Assembly: GCA_964291215.2 (NCBI GenBank)
Contig: OZ219791.1
Coordinates: forward strand, 2,048,001-2,112,000
DNA: 64,000 bases
DNA from: Alphaproteobacteria bacterium
Lineage (GTDB): Bacteria > Pseudomonadota > Alphaproteobacteria > MPNO01 > UBA830
Reading direction: 5' to 3'
Within the stretch, counting starts at the first letter, position 1, and each line of letters begins with the position of its first letter. Positions 1-9,380 of the stretch are shown piece by piece. The notes under the pieces were generated by a model that ran no database searches, was not told the origin of the DNA, and worked only from the letters and a program-made list of their open reading frames with translations. Both the position numbers and the translations under genes were made by a program.

Positions 1-725
1 CCCCGATCTTGCGAACCGGGATCTCGTTTCGTCCCCAGCAGCTTGCACGGTTCAGCATTAGGACAGGCCATGACGAAGAAGAAAACCCGAAAGTCGCTGG
101 CGGGTCTGCCGTCCCATGAGCTTGCAATCTTCGCGAGCGCGCACAAGGTCCCGCACCGCTTCCTGCTCTTGGTCGGGAACCCGCACCGCTGTCAGCATCC
201 CGGCACGATTCCCACTTGCCAAGCCTTCCGAATGACGGCGATCGGTCTTGACGCGCAACCCCGACTTCACCGGAATCAGACTCGGCGCGACCACCGCACA
301 GTCGTGGCCGAAGCCAGTGACCTGAAGATGAAGCCCGTAGCGGCACGGACCCGCCTCGTAACAGACACTCAAAGCCTCACCATCCGGCGTCAGCTTCTTC
401 AGAAGACGATCCACCGATACCAAGTCATTGCGAATCTCACCCCACGGCGATCCCACGCTGCTAATCCGGCGACGACTGGCGAGATTTTCTCAGTTTGCGT
501 CGCGCTGCAATCGTGCCGCCAAGGCTCGATGGGGCCTTCTCGGCACGAAAATTGCGATCAAGGAGGCGATCTGTGATGAGCCCCAACGCATTCGGATTTC
601 GCGTTTCCGAATTAGCGTGGGATCGTCGTGATCTCACCCAGATACTCCGGAACCTCCTGCCCCGGACGCGCTACCGCAATCCTGTCCTGGTGGACATCAA
701 ACCCCACATATGCGCTATACTCCAT
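1..725 (-). pseudogene. IS110-family transposase, interrupted by a MITE and running off the window edge
   Basis: ATG at 725 reads MEYSAYVGFDVHQDRIAVA...GEI and resumes after the insertion as GEIRNDL...CYEAGPC...VAPSLIP...VKTDRR, typical IS110 DEDD-domain motifs. Confidence 0.85.
443..630. mobile_element. 188-bp MITE with terminal inverted repeats and 9-bp target duplication
   Basis: TIRs CACGGCGATCCCACGCT and AGCGTGGGATCGTCGTG; ATCTCACCC is duplicated at 434-442 and 631-639. Confidence 0.85.
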
Positions 726-1043
726 GCGATCTGTCCTCCTCTCCTAGGTGGCGGCTCTGTACCGAAGGTAACGCGCTATTTCTTCTGGCGCACAAGCCGC
801 GAATCACAAGATCCGACAGGACAGGTCAATACATATAGTCTAGCGGCGTCGGCGAAAATTGGCAAGAACAATTCGGCCGGGCTGCCGCTTCCGGGCCCCC
901 GAAATTGTCGCCGCCGGCAGACAGGCGCGCGGGATGTCCGCTCTCCGTTCGGTGCCGCGAATGCTCGCACGCGAACGCGACGGACACCCCGTATCCACCG
1001 GGACCTCTGGCCGGCGAATGCCCGCGGACTTGCGGCCGTCCGG

Positions 1044-2345
1044 TCATGTCTTTTCGTGAATCTTGCGGCCGCCGGCGTAGGTGGCCCGGACCGCGCGGTC
1101 GTCGGCCAGCACCATCTGCGCGAACAGGAGGTCCCGAAGGTTCTCCGCCCGTTCGACCCTCTGGCGGATGATCGGAGTCGATTCCGGATCCAGCACCGTC
1201 ATGTCGGCCTCGAAACCCGGCGCTATGCGGCCGATCTGGTCGCCGAGCGAGAGCGCATCCGCGGCGCCCGCCGTCGACAGCCAGAACGCCTCTTCGGGCG
1301 CAAGCGTCCGCCCGTTCAGTTGCGCGATTTCGTAGGCGGCCTTCATGGTGGCAAATGGCGATAGCGATGAACCGCCGCCGACATCGCTGCCGAGCAGTAC
1401 CGGGATCCCGGCCCCTCTGGTCCGGGCGATGTCGAACAGGCCGCTCCCCATGAACAGGTTTGAGGTCGGGCAATGGACGAACCGCGAACCGCTCGATGCG
1501 GCGAGGCCGAGATCGTCCTCGTCCATGTGAATCGCGTGTCCGAACAGTGATCGCGGGCCGAGCAGCCCGAAACCGTGATAGATGTCGAGATAGGATCTCG
1601 CTTTCGGAAACAGTTCACGGACCCAGCGGATCTCGTCGAGATTTTCCGACAGGTGGGTCTGCATGTACACGTCAGGAAACTCGCCGAGCAGGGCGGCGCA
1701 GGCTTCGAGCTGGGCCGGCGTGCTCGTGGGCGCGAATCTCGGCGTGACGGCATAGAGGCTGCGTTCGCGCCCATGCCAGGTCTCGATCAGCGAGCGGCTG
1801 TGGTCGTAACCGCTCTCGGCGCTGTCGCGCACCGCGTCAGGCGCATTGCGGTCCATGAGTACCTTTCCGGCAATCATGCGGAGTCCGCGCGCCTCGGACT
1901 CCTCGAAAAACGCTGTGACCGATTCGGGGTGAACCGTGCAATAGACCGCGGCGGTCGTCGTGCCGGCGGCGAGCAGCAGGTCAAGAAACAGGCGCGCCAT
2001 CGAGGCGGCATGGTCAGGATCCGTGAACCTTGCCTCCTCGGGAAAGGTGTAGGCCTCCAGCCATTCCAGAAGCTGGGCTCCATAAGAGGCGACCACCCCG
2101 ATCTGGGGGTAGTGGACGTGGGCATCGATGAATCCCGGGAGAATTATTTCGCGGCCGTAGGCGTGCGTGGAAGCGCCGGCCGCCAGGTGTCCGGGCAGTT
2201 CTGGCCGCCGTCCGACCCAGGTGATCTTTCCGTCCTCGACCAGCACCGCGCCGCTCTCGATCCAGGTGACGGCGTCCGGGTTGGCGGCCGGATCGTCGTC
2301 GAACGACAGCACGTTGCCGGTCAGGAGAAGGCGGTCTTCGGCCAT
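1044..2345 (-). CDS. guaD: guanine deaminase
   Basis: PGFIDAHVHYPQ, QLLEWL, YAVTPRFAPTS, QTHLSEN, HCPTSNLF, GSDVGGG motifs; lies downstream of xdhAB. Confidence 0.95.
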   Translation of the reverse strand: MAEDRLLLTGNVLSFDDDPAANPDAVTWIESGAVLVEDGKITWVGRRPELPGHLAAGASTHAYGREIILPGFIDAHVHYPQIGVVASYGAQLLEWLEAYTFPEEARFTDPDHAASMARLFLDLLLAAGTTTAAVYCTVHPESVTAFFEESEARGLRMIAGKVLMDRNAPDAVRDSAESGYDHSRSLIETWHGRERSLYAVTPRFAPTSTPAQLEACAALLGEFPDVYMQTHLSENLDEIRWVRELFPKARSYLDIYHGFGLLGPRSLFGHAIHMDEDDLGLAASSGSRFVHCPTSNLFMGSGLFDIARTRGAGIPVLLGSDVGGGSSLSPFATMKAAYEIAQLNGRTLAPEEAFWLSTAGAADALSLGDQIGRIAPGFEADMTVLDPESTPIIRQRVERAENLRDLLFAQMVLADDRAVRATYAGGRKIHEKT

Positions 2346-2369
2346 GCCGGGATTTCCGCACCACCCGGC

Positions 2370-4700
2370 TCAGGCGTCCGCGCGGCGACGGATGTCGTCG
2401 ACGGCCATGAGGATCGCTTCCGGCGTGGCCGGCGCGTCGAGGCGTGGCAGCAGCCGGTGGCCGGCCAGGCTGCTGACGGCGTCGCGGATCGCGAGCCATA
2501 CCGCGATGGCCAGCATCAGCGGAGGCTCGCCCACCGCCTTGGACCGGAAGATGGTCGGCACGCGGTTCGGCGCGTCTTCGAGGATGTGGGACACGAAGTG
2601 GGCCGGCACGTCCCGGCTTCCCGGAATCTTGTAGGTCGACGGCCCGTGGGTGGCGAGGCGACCCCTGTCGTCCCAGACCAACTCTTCCGAGGTGAGCCAG
2701 CCCATGCCCTGGACGAACGCGCCCTCGATCTGGCCGAGGTCGATGGTCGGGTTCAGGGACGCGCCGCAGTCCTGGAGAATATCGACGCGGAGCGTGCGCG
2801 ACTCGCCGGTCAGCGTGTCGATCGCCACCTCGGCGGCGCAGGCGCCGTAGGTGAAATAGTAGAACGGGTTTCCCGTCATGGTTTCGGGATCCCAGTGGAT
2901 TTCCGGAGTCCGGTAATGGCCGGTGGCCGACAGCAAGATCCGGTCCTTCCAGGCCAGTTCCGCGACTTCCGCGAAGGACAGGCTCTCGTTGCCGGCATAG
3001 ACGCGGTTCTGGCGGAACCGGATCGATTCCACCGGTGCCTGCAGATGCCTGGCCGCGACCTTCGCCATTCTCCCCCTGATCTCCTTCGCCGCGTTGAAGG
3101 CGGCCATCCCGTTGAGGTCGGAGCCGGCTGAAGCCGCGGTCGCCGACGTGTTGGGCACCTTGTCGGTCCGCGTGGCCGACACGCCGACATGGGAAATGTC
3201 GATCTGGAAAGTCGAGGCGACCACCTGGGCGACCTTGGTGAAAAGCCCCTGGCCCATCTCCGTGCCGCCGTGGTTGAGATGGACGCTGCCGTCGGTGTAG
3301 ACATGCACCAGTGCGCCGCCTTGGTTGAGGGTGGGCAGGTTGAACGAGATGCCGAACTTGACCGGCATCAGGGCAAGCCCCTTCTTCAGGGTTGCATTGT
3401 CCCGGTTGAAGGCCGAGACCGAACGCCGCAGCCTCCGATAGTCGATTTCCCGGGTGAGCCGGCCCATGAGTTCGGGCATGATGTTGTCGCGGACCTTCTG
3501 GCCGTACGGGGTGAGGTTGCGCTTGCGCTTTCCGTACCAGTTGACGGCGCGGATCCGCTCGATGCTCTTGCCGAGCTGTCGCGCCACATGCTCGAGCGCG
3601 GTTTCGATCGCCAGCATGGCCTGTGGCCCCCCGAAACCGCGGAAAGCGGTGTTGGACACGGTGTTCGTCCGGCACGGCCAGCCGCGAAATAGCGCGTTCG
3701 GGATGTAATAGGCGTTGTCGAGATGGCACAGGGTGCGGCCGAGAACCCCGGCCGTGAGGTCCGTGAAATTCCCGGCGCGGGCGGCGCAGTCGAAGACGGC
3801 GCCCTGGATGCGCCCGTCATCGTCGACGCCGAGGCGGTAGCGGAACAGGAAGTCATGGCGCTTGCCGGTGGCGACCATGTCGTCATCGCGGCGCAGCCGG
3901 AGCTTGACCGGCCGTCCGCCGGCGCGGGCAAGAAGCGCCGCGATCGCCGCAATCCCCGTCGCCTGGCTTTCCTTGCCGCCGAACCCGCCTCCCATGCGCC
4001 GCACCTCGACGGTGACGGTGCCCAGCGGCTGGCCCAGTACATGGGCCACCCCGTGCTGTACCTCGGTCGGATGCTGGGTCGACGAGTACACCGTCATTTC
4101 GCGTTCCTCGCCGGGAACTGCGAGCGCCGCCTGCGATTCGAGATAGAAGTGATCCTGGCCGCCGCAGCGGATCTCGCCCGAGATCTCGTTGGCCGAAGCG
4201 GCAATCGCCGCCTCGGCGTCCCCGCGCACGATCCGCGGTGGCGAATAGGTGTAGAGGCCGCGCTCCCAGGCCTCCTCTATGGACAGTACCGGTTCGAGTT
4301 CCCGGTAGGCGATTACGACAAGGCGCGCAGCCGCGAGCGCCTCGTCCCAGCTGTTGGCGGCGACTGCGGCGATGGGCTGGCCGGCGCAGGTCGCGACGCT
4401 TTCCGCCAGCACCTGTTCGCCGTCGAACACGGGTGCGACATCGTTGATGCCCGGAATGTCGGCGGCGGTGATCACGGCGGACACGGCGGGAGCCGTGGCG
4501 GCGGCGGCGGTATCGATCGACAGTATCTCGGCGTGCGCGTGCGGGCTCAGGACCAGTGCTGCCTCCTGCATGCCCGCGGGCAGCGGCATGTCGTCGATGA
4601 AGAGCGCTGCCCCCGTCACATGCCTGAGCGCGCTGTCGTGGGAGGTGGCGGTGTGAACGGCGCCGTCGACATCCCCGATCGCAGTGGCCGGCCGCCCCAT
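2370..4700 (-). CDS. xdhB: xanthine dehydrogenase molybdopterin-binding subunit
   Basis: HDSALRHVTG, GGQDHFYLE, RRMGGGFGGKESQ, AFRGFGGPQ, SKAVGEPP; start placed at ATG 4700 overlapping the xdhA stop. Confidence 0.95.
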   Translation of the reverse strand: MGRPATAIGDVDGAVHTATSHDSALRHVTGAALFIDDMPLPAGMQEAALVLSPHAHAEILSIDTAAAATAPAVSAVITAADIPGINDVAPVFDGEQVLAESVATCAGQPIAAVAANSWDEALAAARLVVIAYRELEPVLSIEEAWERGLYTYSPPRIVRGDAEAAIAASANEISGEIRCGGQDHFYLESQAALAVPGEEREMTVYSSTQHPTEVQHGVAHVLGQPLGTVTVEVRRMGGGFGGKESQATGIAAIAALLARAGGRPVKLRLRRDDDMVATGKRHDFLFRYRLGVDDDGRIQGAVFDCAARAGNFTDLTAGVLGRTLCHLDNAYYIPNALFRGWPCRTNTVSNTAFRGFGGPQAMLAIETALEHVARQLGKSIERIRAVNWYGKRKRNLTPYGQKVRDNIMPELMGRLTREIDYRRLRRSVSAFNRDNATLKKGLALMPVKFGISFNLPTLNQGGALVHVYTDGSVHLNHGGTEMGQGLFTKVAQVVASTFQIDISHVGVSATRTDKVPNTSATAASAGSDLNGMAAFNAAKEIRGRMAKVAARHLQAPVESIRFRQNRVYAGNESLSFAEVAELAWKDRILLSATGHYRTPEIHWDPETMTGNPFYYFTYGACAAEVAIDTLTGESRTLRVDILQDCGASLNPTIDLGQIEGAFVQGMGWLTSEELVWDDRGRLATHGPSTYKIPGSRDVPAHFVSHILEDAPNRVPTIFRSKAVGEPPLMLAIAVWLAIRDAVSSLAGHRLLPRLDAPATPEAILMAVDDIRRRADA

Positions 4701-6109
4701 TACTGCCGCTCCGCTGCGCCGAGCGCCATGATGTCGATCTCGCCGTCGGGCGCGGCGGTGTCGCGCCACAGGCGGATCAGCAGGTTGGTAGCCACCCGCA
4801 TCCGGTAAACGGCGCTGCCGCGATGATCGGTGATCGGGCGGAAGTCCTCGGCCAGCGCGGCGCCGGCGCCGAGCGCCGCGGCTTCGGACCACGCCATGCC
4901 GCCGAGCGCGTCCTCAGCCTGGCGCGCGCGCGCCGGAACCGCATCCATGCCGCCATAGGCGATGCGCGCGGCGGCGACCGCACCCCCACTGAGGGTGATG
5001 CGGTAGGCCCCGATGACCGTCGAGATGTCCTGGTCGTAGCGCTTGGATACCTTGTAGGCGCGGAAGATCTCGCCGGGTGCCGGCTTCGGCAGGCGGATCG
5101 CGCGAATGACCTCATTGTGTTCGAGCGTTGTCCTGCGGTAGCCGACGAAGAAGTCTTCGATTGGGATCTCGCGTTCGCCGCCCGGAGATGACAGGACCAG
5201 GGTCGCGTCGAGTGCGATCAGGCAGGGCGGGGTGTCGCCGATCGGTGACGCGTTGCCGATATTGCCTCCGATGGTGCCGAGATTGCGGATCTGCCGCGAG
5301 CCGAGCCGACGCACGATATGCCCGAACGAGGGGTAGAGAGCCTCGAGCGCCGGCAGGGCCTCCGTGTAGGTCACCGCGGCGCCGAGGGTCACGGAATCCG
5401 GAGCCTCCTCGATGGCGCACAGCTCGCGCACACGGGCGGTGTGCAGCACCGAAGGCGGCTGCCGCCGCGCCTTGCTTACTTCCAGGCCCAGATCGGTGCC
5501 GCCGGCGAGCAGCATCGCGTCCGGATGTTCGGCGCGCAGCGCGAGCAGTTCGGGCAGGCTTGTCGGGGCGAAGAACACGTGTCCGTCATGACGCTGCGCC
5601 GGCGTCGATTCCGGCGACCGGGCAGGGCGGTGAAAGGGGGAGAGCCCGGCCTCGCGCGCCGCGTCCACTATGGGGCGATAACCGGTGCAGCGGCAGAGGT
5701 TGCCGGCAAGGGCTTCGTGGATCGTGTCGTCGGTGAGCGGTCCGGTCTCATGGCCCAAGGCGACCAGGGCCGAGATGAATCCCGGGGTGCAGAATCCGCA
5801 TTGCGTGCCTCCGAGGCGCGCCATCGCCTCCTGGATCGGCGTGATGCGGCCGCCATTGGCGAGCTCGAGGCCCTCGATCGTCAGGATCTCGGTGCCGTCA
5901 GCCTGGCCGACCAGCATGAGGCAGGCATTGACCGCTTCGTGCCGTCCGCCGCTGCCGATGCGGATGATCGTACAGGCGCCGCAGTCGCCCTCGGCGCAGC
6001 CCTCTTTGGCGGCGGTGAGATGGAGCCGGGTCCGCAGGTAGTCGAGCATCGTCATCGAACCGGGTGCCTCGGCCCGGTGGAGGGCCCCGTTCAGGACGAA
6101 ATGGCTCAT
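4700..6109 (-). CDS. xdhA: xanthine dehydrogenase small (2Fe-2S/FAD) subunit
   Basis: KEGCAEGDCGACT, QCGFCTPG, GNLCRCTGY, AGGTDL, GNASPIGD motifs. Confidence 0.95.
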   Translation of the reverse strand: MSHFVLNGALHRAEAPGSMTMLDYLRTRLHLTAAKEGCAEGDCGACTIIRIGSGGRHEAVNACLMLVGQADGTEILTIEGLELANGGRITPIQEAMARLGGTQCGFCTPGFISALVALGHETGPLTDDTIHEALAGNLCRCTGYRPIVDAAREAGLSPFHRPARSPESTPAQRHDGHVFFAPTSLPELLALRAEHPDAMLLAGGTDLGLEVSKARRQPPSVLHTARVRELCAIEEAPDSVTLGAAVTYTEALPALEALYPSFGHIVRRLGSRQIRNLGTIGGNIGNASPIGDTPPCLIALDATLVLSSPGGEREIPIEDFFVGYRRTTLEHNEVIRAIRLPKPAPGEIFRAYKVSKRYDQDISTVIGAYRITLSGGAVAAARIAYGGMDAVPARARQAEDALGGMAWSEAAALGAGAALAEDFRPITDHRGSAVYRMRVATNLLIRLWRDTAAPDGEIDIMALGAAERQ

Positions 6110-6601
6110 CACGCGCAGCCTCGCAGCGCCCCGCATTCCGAGGGGCGGTTGCCGGTCCGTTGCTGCCAGCTGGCGTGACGGCCGGGCCCGCCGCGTTCAC
6201 GACGCAGGAGCGAAGGCAGAGCGGTGCCGGAACGGCGGGTTCCGTTGATCGGCTCCGGTTCCGCGGGCGCCTGATTTACGGTGTGCATACTGTCCCTGCC
6301 CCTGTCGTTCGCGGAGGCTAATCCACGAACCGGCCGATGGCAACGGTGAATGCGGCCCGAACCGTCCGGGTCGGGAATCCCGCGGGTTCCGGCTCAGTCC
6401 GGCGGGCGGGACAGCGATGCTGGGGGCCGGTTCCTGCGCGCGGTTTGACAGGCGGAGGCGATTTACCCAGATCATGAAGGAGGCGCTAGCTGCCAATTTC
6501 CGTGCGGAGTTCGGTCGTGGTTGCGCGGCCACGCAGACCGCCTCCTTGATGTCGCGCTTGCTGGAGGGCGTCTGAGAGATGATACGACGGTTCACGATCA
6601 A

Positions 6602-6785
6602 GCAGGGCTCTTCTTTTGTCCGGTTCCGTCCGACGAAGGGCGTTGTAGGTAGATCTGGAGGTCCATTCGGGGGCGGATTTCGTTGTCGATATGCCGGTTC
6701 CGACCTTGAGACGGTGCCACCAACTTCAAGAACGGTCACTCTGACACGGTTGTCCGCCGCCGATCGCGACGACAGAATGGTCCTG
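6602..6785. repeat. ~180-bp dispersed repeat, inverted relative to 15332-15513; probably mobile-element derived
   Basis: The reverse complement aligns by eye to 15332-15513 with scattered substitutions. Confidence 0.8.
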
Positions 6786-7493
6786 CACGATCAAGCACTT
6801 CAAGCGCTTTCGTGAGCAGGCGTTCGATCGTAAGCGTTCGTCCGTGCGGTGAGGTGTTGTTGTTTTCGTCCGTTTGACAGGCTTTTGTCAGGAAGTTCCA
6901 GCGTCACCCGGAGCGGTTTCGTGCACCGGGATGCGCGGTGAGGGGCACTGGCGTCATGCCGTGTTTTCCGCATTGGTCGCGGTTTTGTCCCGGCGCTGCG
7001 GAGGAGGAGCTGAGCGCCATCCCGTGCCGGTTGCAGAATTCAGCGATTGAGGGCCCGCTTCCAGTCCTTGCGGAGCGGGCCAGATGTCCTTCTTCGGCTT
7101 CTGTCATGTCGGTCGTAGCGGCCGCTGGTTGTTCCGACGCGGCCGGCAGACGCCGCGGCGCGGGACCTCGACCAAGGTCTCGCAGGGCATGGGCGCGGTG
7201 TTGCAGCGCGCGGTCCATGCGGCGTTCGAGAAGCAGCGGCTCGCCGCATGGTAGCGCATCTGCGGCGCCGCCAGGCGCGTGTATCCGAGGCAGTGTCAGC
7301 GGACGGAGCTCGTCGAGGGTCTTCGGGGCGGCGGTGTCCGACGTGATCAGCTTCGGGGCCGGCGGCGGCAGAAGGCGCGGGCGATGGGGTCCGCTCCGTG
7401 ATCGTCGCAGCACTGCGCGACCATGAAGTCGCGCCCTCGCCGCTCACGGCGGCGCTGCGAATCTCCACCGCCTCTCCGGGCTCACGGCAATTA

Positions 7494-8598
7494 GTGTCTT
7501 GTCATTAGTCAAATGTCGGATAAAGGCGTTTGAGTTTCACGCGGGCATCGTCGGTGGTGAACTGCCAATCCACCTTGGCCTGGATGCGGTCGCCTGCCAA
7601 GCGGCAACTTCCCGGCGTAGCACCTCGGTCGATGCGGCGGTTCAGGCGGATCATGACGTTGAGTTCCACCACGTTCAGCCAACTGCCATGCTTGGGGGTG
7701 TAGACGAACTCGAAGCGGTCCCACAGGGCCTTGGCCTCGTCCGGCGGGTAGGCCTCGTAGAGGGCGCCGGGGAGTGTTGAGATTGTCCATCACCAGGGTG
7801 ATGGTGGTGGCATCCTGGTAGCGCCCGGCGATGTCGGCCAGGAACTGCGCCCAATCGATCTTGCGCTCGGTTACCTTGGTCATGCGCTTGCCGGCCAGGG
7901 GTTCCGTGAAGACGTTGCAGGTACCGCAACGTCGATACTCGTAGTCGTTACGCCCGTCCCGGCGCCATGGCGATCGGTTGCCGTGTCTCGCCGGTCGGGG
8001 CGTTTCGTCCATGCAGACCACGGGGAAAGCGGCGGGGCGGCGATCGAGCACCTTCGCTGCGGCGAAGTCGGCGTTCCCTTGAGGAGGAATCACCCACCCG
8101 CTGCCATGGCTTGAGGCAGTTTTTTTTAGAACACGCCGCACCGTCTCGTGTGACACGGTGTAACCAAGCTCGACAACGCGGTCGGCCAGCAGCCGCAACG
8201 ACCATTGCGCGTAACCCTCAGGCGGTTCACCACAACTCAGGGCCACGCGCCTCGAAGACGCCGTCGGCTTTTCGCATATAGGTAGGACGGCGTCCTTGCC
8301 GGCCACCCAATGCCGCCTCCAACCCCTCGAAACGCTTCTTTACTCGGTCTACTTTGCGCATGCTGATGCGCAGAATCTCGGCAATGACCTTCCCGGTCAT
8401 CTGGCATTCATTGAACGCGCCCTCGTCGCAGTTAAGCAGGGCGTTGATTACCTTTTGCGACAGGTGCGAGCCCTTGATCTCCGAAAGTTCTGCCCGTTCG
8501 TCCAAGGTCACCACGTAGCGTTTCATACTCCGACCTCCATCCCGAATGGACGGACAGTCTAGCACCAAATGTACGACATATCATTGCTGACATAACAC
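7494..8598 (-). mobile_element. IS630-family element with degenerate transposase
   Basis: Inverted ends GTGTCTTGTCA and TGACATAACAC flanked by TA; fragments WSLRLLADRVVEL, VVCMDE, LVMDNLNT; many frameshifts. Confidence 0.9.
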
Positions 8599-8823
8599 TA
8601 GCGTGGGATCGCCGTGCGTTCCCACATGACGGGGTTGCACTCGGCTGCTGTGCGAGCTATACGTACATGCGATATGGCAGGATTGTGGTCGGCGCATGTG
8701 GCCGCAAACCTGTTGTACGGGAGGTTGAAGGCATGACCGAGACATCAGGGGATGTTGTGATGCGCGGACTGCCGTGGTCGTTCGGCTACAACGTGAGTGC
8801 CTCACGCGCGCGCGACCTTCGTA

Positions 8824-8847
8824 CCCCCCCCCCCCCCCCCCCCCCCC
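8824..8847. repeat. C24 homopolymer
   Basis: 24 consecutive C residues. Confidence 0.9.
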
Positions 8848-9181
8848 GATTCGGACGCTGGACTGTATCGGCGGATGACCTTGGGAAGATATCCCGTCGC
8901 CTGAGCGCAAACCTCTCGGTCAGGGAGCCGGCCACGCAGGCGCACCACTTCCCTGACCTGCTTCGACGGGAACACGGCGGCTCACGCCACGCCGTCGGGT
9001 GCCGTTGCTTCAGGACCGAAGCTCTTTCACCTCAGACAACCGGGGTCGCACGGCCCTCGGCGAGCATTCGTTCCCTGGCATTCAAGCCTATGGAGCGGGA
9101 TGGTTCACGCCCGCGCTGCGTCGGAAGCCACTCCATGGCAAGCCCCCCCCCCCGGCGGGTTCTGACACCCCCCTCATCCAT

Positions 9182-9327
9182 CGTCTAAAAACACATGGTC
9201 ACAGCCCATCATGTGTTGCACTTCACTATGGAACGGGGGTGGGAAACCGAAACCAAGGCATACATCAAATGAACAGCTCGATGACTGAGAGATTCACGAC
9301 AATTTCCAGACATCAGGTTGCGTAATC
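9182..9327. mobile_element. IS30 left end (inverted copy of 11721-11776) abutting an IS256 right end
   Basis: 9182-9237 is the reverse complement of the IS30 end at 11721; 9240-9327 is the reverse complement of the IS256 end at 40291. Confidence 0.8.
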
Positions 9328-9380
9328 GTCCACAACCTAAGGCCCCACTTCACTATAAAACGGGGGAGGAGAAAAGTTCG

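Noticed and set aside
2346-2369. Absence of xdhC between xdhB and guaD
   Set aside because: xdhC is often encoded elsewhere, so this is not informative from one window.
1575-3729. Long alternative-frame and antisense ORFs (also 9294-11147, 32800-34446, 45239-46963, 49436-50881)
   Set aside because: They are shadow ORFs of well-supported genes in high-GC DNA and carry no recognisable motifs.
6110-6456. Purine or xanthine riboswitch upstream of xdhA
   Set aside because: I could not recognise a consensus aptamer; an Rfam scan would be needed.
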